A DNA stretch of 64,000 bases from Rhizobium sp. Q54 (GTDB lineage: Bacteria; Pseudomonadota; Alphaproteobacteria; SHVZ01). The notes below the pieces were generated by a model, which saw only the letters and a program-made list of their open reading frames with translations, made no database searches and was not told where the DNA came from. The position numbers and the translations under genes were made by a program. The stretch covers positions 6,543 to 70,542 of the forward strand of contig CAMBVS010000010.1 of assembly GCA_945871425.1 (NCBI GenBank), given 5' to 3'. This document shows positions 33,375-42,883 of the stretch, piece by piece. Every line of letters starts with the position of its first letter. The stretch's first letter is position 1.

Positions 33375-33875
33375 ATGGTCGAGTTCGTCAAGCCACCCCG
33401 TTCTCTCGTCGACAAGACCGGCCGCGGTACGCCCGGCGCCGGCGACCGCCTGATCAAGAAGGCCGATCAGGCCGTCAAGGAGCACCAGGGCCGAGTCGAC
33501 TATAAGAAGATCGCCGGCGCCTCGCTCGACAAGCTGCACCAGCTCATGCGCGACTTCCTCGCCGATCCTCGCGCGGAGAGCGACATCGGTCGCCAGATCT
33601 ACGAACTCTGCCACGACCTCAAGGGCGAGGGGGCCAGCTTCGGCTATCCCGCCGTCTCCCGCATCGCCGACCTCATCTGCCGGGTGATCGACTGCAAGGC
33701 CCAGCGCGATCCCCGCTTCCTCGAGATCGTCAAGATCGAGGTCGACTCGATCCGCGCCATGATCCGCTACGACGTCAAAGGCAATCCGCGCGGGCTTGCG
33801 ATGGAGATCATCGACGCGCTCGAGTTCCTGGTCGACAATTACCTCGACAAGCTGAAGGCGACGCAGGCCGCCTGA
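33375..33875 (+). CDS. Single-domain Hpt (histidine phosphotransfer)-like protein
   Basis: 166 aa. CHDLKGEGASFGYPAVSRIADLI fits the HxxKG...G...L Hpt motif within a predicted helical protein. Confidence 0.55.
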   Translation: MVEFVKPPRSLVDKTGRGTPGAGDRLIKKADQAVKEHQGRVDYKKIAGASLDKLHQLMRDFLADPRAESDIGRQIYELCHDLKGEGASFGYPAVSRIADLICRVIDCKAQRDPRFLEIVKIEVDSIRAMIRYDVKGNPRGLAMEIIDALEFLVDNYLDKLKATQAA

Positions 33876-33918
33876 TCCAGGCGTTGCGCGCCGCGGCGAA
33901 GCCGGCCACGCTCCGCCG

Positions 33919-34659
33919 GTGATCGACCCCCTCCTCGTCGTCATCCTCCTCACCTTCCTTCTCGCCGGCCTGGTCAAGGGCGTCATCGGGCTCGGGCTGC
34001 CGGCCATCGCCGTCGGCCTCTTGAGCCTGGCGATGACGCCGGCGGAGGCCGCGGCGCTGCTGGTCGTCCCTTCGCTCGTCACCAACATATGGCAGCTCGC
34101 CGCCGGGCCGAGCTTTACAGCGCTGGCCCGCCGCCTCTGGCCGATGATGCTCGGGGTCTGCCTCGGCACCTGGGCCGGAAGCGGCCTCCTGACCGGCTCG
34201 GGCGCGGCCGAGGCGTCGATCGCGCTCGGCGTCTCACTGCTGGTCTATGCGGGGCTCGGCCTGACCACGCTCCGCCTCTCCGTCCCGCCTGCCTGGGAAC
34301 GGCCGCTGGCGCCGGTCATCGGCGCGGCGACCGGTCTCGTCACTGCCGCGACCGGCGTCTTCGTCATCCCGGCCGTCCCCTATCTGCAGGCGCTCGGTCT
34401 CGGCAAGGACGACCTGGTCCAGGCGCTCGGCCTCTCCTTCACCGTCTCGACCGTCGCGATGGCGGCCAGCCTCGCCCACGAGGGCGCCTTCGGCGGCGCC
34501 GACGCCACGCTGTCGCTGCTGGCCCTGCTGCCGGCGCTGGGCGGCATGGGGCTCGGGCAATGGCTGCGTGGCCGGATCAGTCCGGAGATGTTCCGCCGCT
34601 GCTTCTTTCTCGGCCTTCTCGCCCTCGGCGCGCACCTGGTGCTCAGGGCCGTGATCTAG
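33919..34659 (+). CDS. TauE/SafE family sulfite/anion exporter
   Basis: 246 aa multi-TM protein with N-terminal LLAGLVKGVIGLGLPAIAVGLL and a repeated half-domain. GTG start. Confidence 0.82.
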   Translation: MIDPLLVVILLTFLLAGLVKGVIGLGLPAIAVGLLSLAMTPAEAAALLVVPSLVTNIWQLAAGPSFTALARRLWPMMLGVCLGTWAGSGLLTGSGAAEASIALGVSLLVYAGLGLTTLRLSVPPAWERPLAPVIGAATGLVTAATGVFVIPAVPYLQALGLGKDDLVQALGLSFTVSTVAMAASLAHEGAFGGADATLSLLALLPALGGMGLGQWLRGRISPEMFRRCFFLGLLALGAHLVLRAVI

Positions 34660-36277
34660 CTTTCGCTGCCTCGCGGGCGCGGAGCTCGCGGCGCATGATC
34701 TTGCCGGTGGTGGTCATCGGCAACGAGTCCGCGAATTCGACCGCGCGAGGATATTCATGCGCGGCGAGCTTGGTCTTGACGAACTCCTGGACGTCGCGCG
34801 CCAGCGCTGCGTCGCCGACGCGACCGGGCTTCAACACCAGGAACGCCTTGATGCTCTCGGTCCGGATCGGATCGGGCACGCCGATGACGGCGGCCAGCGC
34901 GACGGCCGGATGCTTCAGCAGGCATTCCTCGATCTCGGCCGGGCCGACGCGGTAGCCCGCCGTGGTGATCAGGTCGTCGCTGCGGCCGACGAACCATATG
35001 TAGCCGTCGTCGTCCTGGCGGGCGAGATCGCCGGTCAGCAGGAAATCGCCGACATACTTGGCCTCGGTCGCGTTCGGGTTGTTCCAGTAGCCTAAGAACA
35101 TCACCGGATCGCCGCGGCGGACGCCGACCTGGCCCACCTCGCCCCGCGGCTTCTCCCGGCCGGCATCGTCGACGATGCGGACGTCATGGCCGGGGATCGG
35201 CCGGCCCATGGCGCCCGGCCTGACCGGCACCATCCCGGCGCAATTGCCGACGACCAGGTTGCACTCGGTCTGGCCGTAGAACTCGTTGATGGTGAGGTCG
35301 AAGGTCGCCCGGCCCCAGTCCAGCAGCTCGGCGCCCAGGCTCTCGCCGCCGGAGCCGATGCTGCGCAGCTTGAAGCCGTGGCGCCGGGGACTTTCCACCT
35401 GCCGCATCAGCTTGAGCGCGGTCGGCGGCAGGAAGGCGTTCCTGACCTCATGCCGCGCCATGAAGGCGAAGGCCTCGTCCGGGTCGAACTTGGCGAAGCG
35501 GCGAGAGACCACCGGCACGCCGTGATGCCAGGACGGCAGCAGCACGTCGATGAGACCGCCGATCCACGCCCAGTCGGCCGGCGTCCAGAAGCGGTCGCCC
35601 GGTTGCGGAAAGAACTCGTGCGGATACTCGACGCCCGGGAGATGGCCGAGCAGCACGCGATGGGCATGCAGCGCGCCCTTCGGGTTCCCGGTGGTGCCCG
35701 ATGTGTAGATGATCAGCGCCGGATCTTCGGCCGCAGTTTCGACGGTGACGAAATTGTCCGACGCCTTGGTCAATGCCGGCGCCAGCGCGGCGAAGCCCGC
35801 GCCGTCCTTCGTCTCGTCGACCACCAGCATCAGCCCGAGATCCGGCAGGCGGTCGCGGATCGGCCGGAGCTTGGCGAAGCTCGCGGCATCGGTGATCACC
35901 GCCCTGGCGCCCGCGTCGCCGAGCCGGAACGCGAGCGCGTCCTCGCCGAACAGCGTGAACAGCGGAATGGCGACCAGCCCGGCCTTGTAGCAGGCGATGT
36001 GGGCGAACGCGGTTTCCGGTCTCTGGGGTAGCAAAATACCGACGCGGTCGCCGCGAGCGAGCCCATGCGCCATAAGCAGGTTGGCCAGCCGGTTCGCCTG
36101 GCGCCGGATCTCGCCGAAACGCCAGCGTTCGACCTCACCGTCCTCGCGCTCATGAATCAGCGCCAGAGCCTCGTCGCCGTGCTTGTCGCAGAGGTCGTGG
36201 CCGAGGTTGTAGCGGGCCGGGATGTTCCAGCGGAACCCGCCGGCCAGCGCCTCGTAGCTGGACGCCCGGCTCAGCAC
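34643..36277 (-). CDS. AMP-forming acyl-CoA synthetase
   Basis: 544 aa from the GTG at 36277, which overlaps the upstream stop. Motifs include IIYTSGTTGNPKGALHAH, YGQTE, TGDLARQDDDGYIWFVGRSDD and TTTGKIMRREL. Confidence 0.85.
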   Translation of the reverse strand: MLSRASSYEALAGGFRWNIPARYNLGHDLCDKHGDEALALIHEREDGEVERWRFGEIRRQANRLANLLMAHGLARGDRVGILLPQRPETAFAHIACYKAGLVAIPLFTLFGEDALAFRLGDAGARAVITDAASFAKLRPIRDRLPDLGLMLVVDETKDGAGFAALAPALTKASDNFVTVETAAEDPALIIYTSGTTGNPKGALHAHRVLLGHLPGVEYPHEFFPQPGDRFWTPADWAWIGGLIDVLLPSWHHGVPVVSRRFAKFDPDEAFAFMARHEVRNAFLPPTALKLMRQVESPRRHGFKLRSIGSGGESLGAELLDWGRATFDLTINEFYGQTECNLVVGNCAGMVPVRPGAMGRPIPGHDVRIVDDAGREKPRGEVGQVGVRRGDPVMFLGYWNNPNATEAKYVGDFLLTGDLARQDDDGYIWFVGRSDDLITTAGYRVGPAEIEECLLKHPAVALAAVIGVPDPIRTESIKAFLVLKPGRVGDAALARDVQEFVKTKLAAHEYPRAVEFADSLPMTTTGKIMRRELRAREAAKARSRP

Positions 36278-37389
36278 CTCAGCAGCTCGACCACATGGTC
36301 GGCGATGGCGAGCGAGGCGGTGAGGCCGGGCGACTCGATGCCGTAGAGGTTCACGAGGCCGGGGATGCCGGTCTCCCTCGGCCCCTGCACCAGGAAGTCG
36401 CGGGCGGGCTCGCCCGGCTTCTGCAGCTTCGGGCGCATCCCGGCATAGCCCGGCGCCAGGGCGCCGTCGGGGAGGCCGGGCCAGTAGGTACGGATCGCCG
36501 CATAGAAGCTGTCGGCCCGGCGGGGATCGACGTCGTAGTCGACCTCGTCCACCCATTCGACGTCCGGGCCGAAGCGCATCTGCCCGGCGAGGTCGAGGGT
36601 GACGTGGATGCCGAGGCCGGCCTGCTCCGGTGCCGGGTAGATCAGGCGCGAGAACGGCGGCTTCACCCCGGTGAGCACGTAGTAGTTGCCCTTGGCGAGA
36701 TAGGCCGGCGGCACCGTCTCCGGGTTCAGCCCCTCGAGCCCGCGAGACAGCTTCTGAGCGTGCAGGCCCGCCGAGTTCACCAGCGCCCGGCAGCGGAGCC
36801 GCATCGGCTCGGCGCCGCCGACCTCGATCTCGATCGAGTTGTGCCCGACATGCCCCCTGAGCACAGGCGAGAGAAACGCCAGCATGGCGCCGTGGTCCTC
36901 GGCCTCGCCCTGGAGCGCCAGCATGAAGGCATGGCTGTCGATGATGCCGGTCAAGGGAGAGTGCAGCGCGCCGATGCAGGCGAGCTGCGGCTCCATCGCC
37001 TTCGCCTCGGCTGCCGAAAGCCAGGCGAGGTCGCCGGCGCCGTTCTTCGCCGCGATGGCCTTCAGCTTCTCCATTCCCGGCCGCTGCGACTCGTCGGTGG
37101 CGACGATCAGCTTGCCCGAGCGCCGGTGCGGCACGCCATGCCCGGCGGCGAAGCGGTAGAGCAGGTCTCGGCCGGCGACGCAGAACTTCGCCTTGAGGCT
37201 GCCGGTCGGGTAGTAGATCCCGGCATGGATGACTTCCGAGTTGCGGGACGAGGTCTCGGTCCCGATCGAGTCGGCCGCTTCCAGCACGATCACCTCGCGG
37301 CCGGCGAGCGCCAGCGCGCGCGCGATCGCCAGCCCCACCACCCCGGCCCCGACCACCACCGCATCAACCGTTTCCGTCATGGCCGGCAC
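36271..37389 (-). CDS. FAD-dependent oxidoreductase (L-2-hydroxyglutarate oxidase/dehydrogenase-like)
   Basis: DAVVVGAGVVGLAIARALA dinucleotide fold, then SSRNSEVIHAGIYY and a C-terminal IESPGLTASLAIA, as in the LhgO/DAO family. Confidence 0.78.
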   Translation of the reverse strand: MPAMTETVDAVVVGAGVVGLAIARALALAGREVIVLEAADSIGTETSSRNSEVIHAGIYYPTGSLKAKFCVAGRDLLYRFAAGHGVPHRRSGKLIVATDESQRPGMEKLKAIAAKNGAGDLAWLSAAEAKAMEPQLACIGALHSPLTGIIDSHAFMLALQGEAEDHGAMLAFLSPVLRGHVGHNSIEIEVGGAEPMRLRCRALVNSAGLHAQKLSRGLEGLNPETVPPAYLAKGNYYVLTGVKPPFSRLIYPAPEQAGLGIHVTLDLAGQMRFGPDVEWVDEVDYDVDPRRADSFYAAIRTYWPGLPDGALAPGYAGMRPKLQKPGEPARDFLVQGPRETGIPGLVNLYGIESPGLTASLAIADHVVELLRC

Positions 37390-37468
37390 TCTTGGCCGCG
37401 ACCGGAAAAAGGGTCAAGCGGAAGCCGCCAGACCCGGCTTCGGCTGTCAATTCGGCGAGGACGCCGCT

Positions 37469-39562
37469 ATGCTGGAGTCTGTTCCCAATCCGGCCCGTTT
37501 TTCGACCATGCCCCTCGACATCGTCCCGTCGGTCTGCCCGCATGACTGTCCGAGCACCTGTGCGCTCGAGGTCGAGAGGCTGGATGCGCGTACCATCGGC
37601 CGGGTCCGTGGTGCCGGGGAGAATCCCTATACGGCCGGCGTCGTCTGCGCCAAGACCGCCCGCTATGCCGAGCGTGTCCACCACAAGGACCGCCTTCGCG
37701 TCCCGATGTTGCGGACGGGGCCGAAGGGCTCCGGCCAGTTCCGCGAGATCGGCTGGGACGAGGCACTCGATCGGACCGCCGAAGCCTTCCTTAAGGCGAC
37801 CGCCAGGCACGGCAGCGAGACGGTGTGGCCTTACTATTACGCCGGCACCATGGGGCTGGTGCAGCGGGACGGCATCAACCGGCTCCGCCACGTCATGCGG
37901 TATTCGGGCATGGGCAAGACCATCTGCACGGCGCTCTGCGACGCCGGGTGGAACGCCGGGCATGGCGCCAAGCGCGGCGTCGATCCGCGCGAGATGGCCG
38001 AGTCCGATCTGATCGTGATGTGGGGCGGCAATCCGGTCGCCACCCAGGTCAACGTCATGACCCATGTCAGCCGGGCCCGGAAGGAACGCGGCGCCAAGCT
38101 GGTCCATATCGACGTCTACCGGAACGGCACCGCCGAGGCCGCCGACATCTTCCTGATGGTCAGGCCGGGAACTGACGGCGCGCTCGCGGCCTCGGTCGCC
38201 CATGTGCTGCTGAAGGAAGGCTACGCCGACCACGAGTATCTCGCCCGCTACACCGACTTCTCTCCGGAGGTCGAGGCCCACTACGCCGACAAGACACCGG
38301 AATGGGCGGAAGCGATCTGCGGTGTGCCGGCGGCCGAGATCGTCGCCTTCGCCCGGCTCTATGGACGGACGAAAACGAGCTTCCTTCGCGTCGGCTACGG
38401 CTTCAGCCGGTCCCGGAACGGCGCTGCGCAGGTCCATGCCGCGACCTGCCTGCCGGCGCTCACCGGGGCCTGGCAGCATCGCGGCGGCGGCGCGCTCTAT
38501 TCCAACTCCGCGATCTATCCGTGGAACAAGACGATGATCGAGGGGCTGGACCGGATCGATCCTCAGGTCCGCTCACTCGACATGAGCCGCATCGGCGCGG
38601 TGCTGGTCGGTGAGGCGGACGCGCTGCGGGGCGGGCCGCCGGTCACCGCCATGCTGGTGCAGAACACCAACCCCGCGGTGGTGGCGCCGGAGCAGGCGAA
38701 GGTCATCGCCGGCCTGATGCGCGACGACCTGTTCTTCTGCGTGCACGAGCAGCTGCCGACCGACACGGTGAAGTACGCCGACATCGTGCTGCCGGCGACC
38801 ACCTTCCTCGAGCATGACGACATCTACCAGGGCGGCGGCCACAGCTTCGTCATGATGGGCGCCAAGGCGATCGAGCCGCATGGCGAGAGCCGGTCGAACC
38901 ACGAGGTGCTGCAAGGGCTGGCGAAGCGCCTCGGGGCCGAGCACCCGGCCTTCGAAATGACCTCGTGGGAGCTCTGCGACTGGACGCTGAAGGCCTCGGG
39001 CCTGCCGGACGCCGCGACCTTGAAGGAGACGCGCTGGCACGACTGCGCTCTTCCCTTCGAGACCGCCCATTGTCTCGACGGTTTCGCCACCACCGACAGG
39101 CGCTTCCACTTCATGCCGGACTGGAAGGCGATCGGCCCCGACGTCGCCCACATGCCGCGCCTGCCCGGCCATCTCGACACCATCGAGAAGGCGACCGACG
39201 AGCATCCGTTCCGGATGACCACCTCGCCGGCGCGCCAGTTCCTGAATTCGAGCTTCACCGAGATGCCGACCTCGATCGCCCGCGAGGTCCGCCCGAGCCT
39301 GATGATCCATCCGGACGATGCCGCCCGCCTCGGCATCGCCGCCGGCGACGTGGTGCGGGTCGGCAACCGGCGGGGCGACGTCGCCCTCCATGCGCGCATC
39401 TTCGACGGGCTCCGCCCGGGTGTGGTGGTCGCCGAGGGCATCTGGCCGAACGCAGCTCACATCGAAGGCAAGGGGATCAACGTGCTGGTCGGGGCCGATG
39501 CCGCCCCGCCGGCGGGGGGTGCGGTGTTCCACGACATCGCCGTCTGGGTCCGGTCCGCATGA
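37469..39562 (+). CDS. Molybdopterin (bis-MGD) oxidoreductase family protein
   Basis: N-terminal 4Fe-4S motif CPHDCPSTCALEV...GVVCAK, followed by MopB and C-terminal molybdopterin-binding beta-barrel regions (IHPDDAARLGIAAGDVVRVGNRRG). The start at 37469 has a GAGGA RBS; alternative at 37508. Confidence 0.85.
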   Translation: MLESVPNPARFSTMPLDIVPSVCPHDCPSTCALEVERLDARTIGRVRGAGENPYTAGVVCAKTARYAERVHHKDRLRVPMLRTGPKGSGQFREIGWDEALDRTAEAFLKATARHGSETVWPYYYAGTMGLVQRDGINRLRHVMRYSGMGKTICTALCDAGWNAGHGAKRGVDPREMAESDLIVMWGGNPVATQVNVMTHVSRARKERGAKLVHIDVYRNGTAEAADIFLMVRPGTDGALAASVAHVLLKEGYADHEYLARYTDFSPEVEAHYADKTPEWAEAICGVPAAEIVAFARLYGRTKTSFLRVGYGFSRSRNGAAQVHAATCLPALTGAWQHRGGGALYSNSAIYPWNKTMIEGLDRIDPQVRSLDMSRIGAVLVGEADALRGGPPVTAMLVQNTNPAVVAPEQAKVIAGLMRDDLFFCVHEQLPTDTVKYADIVLPATTFLEHDDIYQGGGHSFVMMGAKAIEPHGESRSNHEVLQGLAKRLGAEHPAFEMTSWELCDWTLKASGLPDAATLKETRWHDCALPFETAHCLDGFATTDRRFHFMPDWKAIGPDVAHMPRLPGHLDTIEKATDEHPFRMTTSPARQFLNSSFTEMPTSIAREVRPSLMIHPDDAARLGIAAGDVVRVGNRRGDVALHARIFDGLRPGVVVAEGIWPNAAHIEGKGINVLVGADAAPPAGGAVFHDIAVWVRSA

Positions 39563-40389
39563 CCCGCGCCCATGTCATCGTCGTCGGCAACGAGAAGGGC
39601 GGCTCCGGCAAGTCGACCACCGCCATGCACCTGGTCGTGGCTCTGCTGCGCCAGGGCTACCGCGTCGGCTCGATGGACCTCGACGCGCGCCAGGGCACGC
39701 TGACCCGCTACGCCGCCAATCGCTCGGCCCGCGCCATCATCGTCGGCGCCGACCGCCTGCCGCTGCCGACCCATGTGCCGGTCGCGCGCTCGGAGATGGC
39801 CGACCAGGCCGAGGCGGCGATCGACGAACGCCGGCGCTTCGAGGCGGCGCTCGACGAGCTCGTCGCCACTCAGAACTACGTGGTCATCGACTGCGGCGGA
39901 TCCGACAATTTCCTCGGCCGCCTCGGCCACGCCCATGCCGACACGCTGGTGACGCCGCTCAACGACAGCTTCGTCGACCTCGACATGCTGGCGCTGGTCG
40001 ACAGCGAGACCCTGGCGATCCAGCGACCCGGCGTCTATTCCGAGCTGGTATGGGAAAGCCGCAAGCAGCGCGCCATCCGCGACCGCGGCTCGATCGACTG
40101 GATCGTCATGCGCAACCGGCTCTCGGCGCTGGATGCCCGCAACAAGCGCGACATGGGGCATGTGCTGGAGAAGCTGTCGAAGCGCATCGGCTTCCGCTTC
40201 GTCCAGGGCTTCTCCGAGCGGGTGATCTTCCGCGAACTGTTCCTGAAGGGCCTGACCCTGCTCGACATGGTCGAGGCCGACCCCGACCAGCAGCTCAAGC
40301 TGAGCCATGTAGCCGCGCGCCAGGAGGTGCGGATGCTTCTGGACGCCCTCAAGCTGCCGCAACCCCAGGCCCTGGCCTCGGCGAGCTAA
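39559..40389 (+). CDS. mipZ: Division-plane positioning ParA-like ATPase MipZ
   Basis: HVIVVGNEKGGSGKSTTAMHL deviant Walker A. It is colinear with my memory of Caulobacter MipZ (LVTPLNDSFVDLDML, WVVMRNRL...ARNK, ERVIFRELF). ATGA overlap with the upstream stop. Confidence 0.85.
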   Translation: MTRAHVIVVGNEKGGSGKSTTAMHLVVALLRQGYRVGSMDLDARQGTLTRYAANRSARAIIVGADRLPLPTHVPVARSEMADQAEAAIDERRRFEAALDELVATQNYVVIDCGGSDNFLGRLGHAHADTLVTPLNDSFVDLDMLALVDSETLAIQRPGVYSELVWESRKQRAIRDRGSIDWIVMRNRLSALDARNKRDMGHVLEKLSKRIGFRFVQGFSERVIFRELFLKGLTLLDMVEADPDQQLKLSHVAARQEVRMLLDALKLPQPQALASAS

Positions 40390-40419
40390 CCACCCCGGCG
40401 CTTCCTATATAGTGGGGCG

Positions 40420-41118
40420 ATGAGCGGCTCCAAGCTTCCGACCACGGGCCAGGCGGCCGTCGACGCATTCCTGGCGAAGGTGCGGGCGGCACCGCGCCCG
40501 GTGCCTGCCTCCCATCGCGGCCGGCTGATCTTCGCGCTCGATGCGACCTTGAGCCGCCAGCCGACCTGGGACGAGGCGGCACGGGTGCAGGCGGAAATGT
40601 TCCGCGAGACCCAGGCGCTGGGCGGGCTCGACCTGCAGCTGGTTTACTACCGTGGGTTTCAGGACTTCTTCGCGAGCCCGTGGCTGGCCGAGTCCGGCGC
40701 GCTGCTGAGCCATATGTCCGGCGTCGACTGCCAGGGCGGCCAGACCCAGATCGAACGCGTGCTGGCCCATGCGGTCGAGGAAGCGAAGGCGCGGCGGGTC
40801 GCAGCCCTGGTCTTCGTCGGCGACGCCTTCGAGGAGAACGCCGACCGGGTCTGCCGCAAGGCGGGCGAGCTCGGGCTTCTCGGCGTTCCGGTCTTCGTCT
40901 TCCACGAAGGCGGCGGCGAAGGGCCGGCCCGCGTGTTCAAAGAGATCGCGCGCCTTTCCAAGGGCGCCTATTGCCCCTTCGATGCCGGCTCGGCCAGGCA
41001 GCTCCGCGAGCTGCTCTCCGCGGTCGCGGTCTTCGCGGCCGGCGGCCGCGCCGCGCTGGAAAACCACGCCCGCAAGGCCGGCGGCTCCGCTCGCCTCCTG
41101 ACGCATCGGCTCGGCTGA
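40420..41118 (+). CDS. VWA-domain protein
   Basis: 232 aa. LIFALDATLS (DxTxS MIDAS-like) is followed by alternating beta/alpha segments (ALVFVGDAFEE, VPVFVFHEG). Confidence 0.6.
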   Translation: MSGSKLPTTGQAAVDAFLAKVRAAPRPVPASHRGRLIFALDATLSRQPTWDEAARVQAEMFRETQALGGLDLQLVYYRGFQDFFASPWLAESGALLSHMSGVDCQGGQTQIERVLAHAVEEAKARRVAALVFVGDAFEENADRVCRKAGELGLLGVPVFVFHEGGGEGPARVFKEIARLSKGAYCPFDAGSARQLRELLSAVAVFAAGGRAALENHARKAGGSARLLTHRLG

Positions 41119-41124
41119 CGCCCG

Positions 41125-41829
41125 ATGGTCTATATCCTGATCGGGATCGTCGTCCTCGCCGCCCTCTGGCTGATGGCACGCGCCTTCGTCGCCGCCGATC
41201 CGAAGAAGCTGGCGGTCGGGGTGAAGTGGGTCGGCGGCGCCGGGCTCGGCGCGCTCGCCCTCCTCATGCTCGTCCGTGGCAATTTCCAGGTGATGGGTGC
41301 TGCGCTCGGCATGATCCTGCCGCTGCTGGTCCGCTGGCGGCGGCTTTGGCAGATGCTGTTCGGGGGACGCAGCGCGCCGTCCTCGGGGACCGGCTCCACC
41401 GCCGGCTCGTCGCTCGACACCCTCTTCCTCCGGGTCGCGCTCGACCACGCAACCGGCCGGATGACCGGCGAGGTGATCGCCGGGCGGCTCCAGGGCCGCC
41501 GGCTTGAGGACCTCTCGATGGCCGAGGCCGTCGCCTTGATGGCGGAGGCCGAGGCCGATCCGGCGACCGTCCAGGTCGTGGAAAGCTTCCTCGACCGCGA
41601 GCACCCGGCCTGGCGCGAGACCGCCGGGCCGCCCCCGGCCTCGGGCGGGGGCAGCGGCTCTATGTCGCGGGAGGAAGCACTCAAGGTGCTCGATCTCGCG
41701 GAGGGAGCGAGCCCCGAGGAAATCCGGGACGCCCATCGGCGGCTGATGAGGACGAACCACCCCGATCGCGGCGGCTCGACCTACATCGCCGCCCAGATCA
41801 ACCGGGCCAAGGACGTGCTGCTCGGCTGA
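41125..41829 (+). CDS. Membrane-anchored J-domain (DnaJ-like) protein
   Basis: N-terminal TM helices and a C-terminal J domain carrying the HPD motif (EEIRDAHRRLMRTNHPDRGGSTYIAAQINRAKDVL). Confidence 0.75.
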   Translation: MVYILIGIVVLAALWLMARAFVAADPKKLAVGVKWVGGAGLGALALLMLVRGNFQVMGAALGMILPLLVRWRRLWQMLFGGRSAPSSGTGSTAGSSLDTLFLRVALDHATGRMTGEVIAGRLQGRRLEDLSMAEAVALMAEAEADPATVQVVESFLDREHPAWRETAGPPPASGGGSGSMSREEALKVLDLAEGASPEEIRDAHRRLMRTNHPDRGGSTYIAAQINRAKDVLLG

Positions 41830-41982
41830 TCCCCGGACGTGCCGCCCAAGAGAGACCGCGGCCCCGCCCCAGCGCCGCCGCAATCACCGGGGATAGTGGC
41901 CGCCTTGCGGGGGCAGACCGGCTATGGCAATAAGCGCCGCGGCGCGGGGGGCCCCGCCTAACAGACTCCCCATGGAGCGGGT

Positions 41983-42852
41983 ATGACGAAGCGGGTGCGC
42001 AAAGCGATCTTCCCGGTCGGCGGGCTGGGCACGCGCTTCCTGCCGGCGACCAAGGCTTTGCCTAAGGAAATGCTGCCGGTCGTCGACAAGCCGATCATCC
42101 AGTATGCGGTCGAGGAGGCGCGGGCCGCCGGCATCGAGGAGTTCATCTTCGTCACCGGCCGCGGCAAGAGCGCCATCGAGGACCACTTCGACCACTCCTA
42201 CGAGCTGTCCGAGACGCTGCACAAGCGGGCCAAGTACCAGGAGCTGGCCGACATCACTTCCAACATGCTGAAGCCGGGTCAGGTTGCCTACACCCGCCAG
42301 CAGGACCCGCTCGGCCTCGGCCACGCGGTCTGGTGCGCTCGCAACCTGGTCGGCGACGAGCCGGTGGCGATCCTGCTCGCCGACGACGTCATCCTTTCCG
42401 ACACGCCCTGCCTCAAGCAGATGATGGCGCATTACGACGACGCCGGCGGCAATCTGGTCGCGGTGATGGAAGTCGATCGCCAGGCGATCAAGAGCTACGG
42501 CGTGGTCGCCCCCGGCAAGGCCGCCGACCGGCTGATCGAGGTCAAGGGCCTGGTCGAGAAGCCGGAGCCCGAGAAGGCGCCTTCGAACCTGGCAGTCATC
42601 GGCCGCTACATCCTGCAGCCCGAGGTCTTCCGCCATCTCGAACGCTTCGAGCGCGGCGCCGGCGGCGAGATCCAGCTCACCGACGCCATGGCCAAGCTGA
42701 TCGGCGTCCAGCCCTTCCACGGCGTGCGATTCGAAGGCACCCGCTTCGACTGCGGCACCCGCGTCGGCTTCATCGACGCCAACATCGCCTTCGCGCTGAA
42801 GCGGCCGGACATGGTCGATCGCATGCGCGACATCCTCAAGCGCTACCAGTAG
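41983..42852 (+). CDS. galU: UTP-glucose-1-phosphate uridylyltransferase
   Basis: KAIFPVGGLGTRFLPATKALPKEMLPVVDKPIIQY is the canonical GalU N-terminus. 289 aa. Confidence 0.93.
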   Translation: MTKRVRKAIFPVGGLGTRFLPATKALPKEMLPVVDKPIIQYAVEEARAAGIEEFIFVTGRGKSAIEDHFDHSYELSETLHKRAKYQELADITSNMLKPGQVAYTRQQDPLGLGHAVWCARNLVGDEPVAILLADDVILSDTPCLKQMMAHYDDAGGNLVAVMEVDRQAIKSYGVVAPGKAADRLIEVKGLVEKPEPEKAPSNLAVIGRYILQPEVFRHLERFERGAGGEIQLTDAMAKLIGVQPFHGVRFEGTRFDCGTRVGFIDANIAFALKRPDMVDRMRDILKRYQ

Positions 42853-42883
42853 CCCCCTTTCCTCACGTCAACGGACGTTCGCC

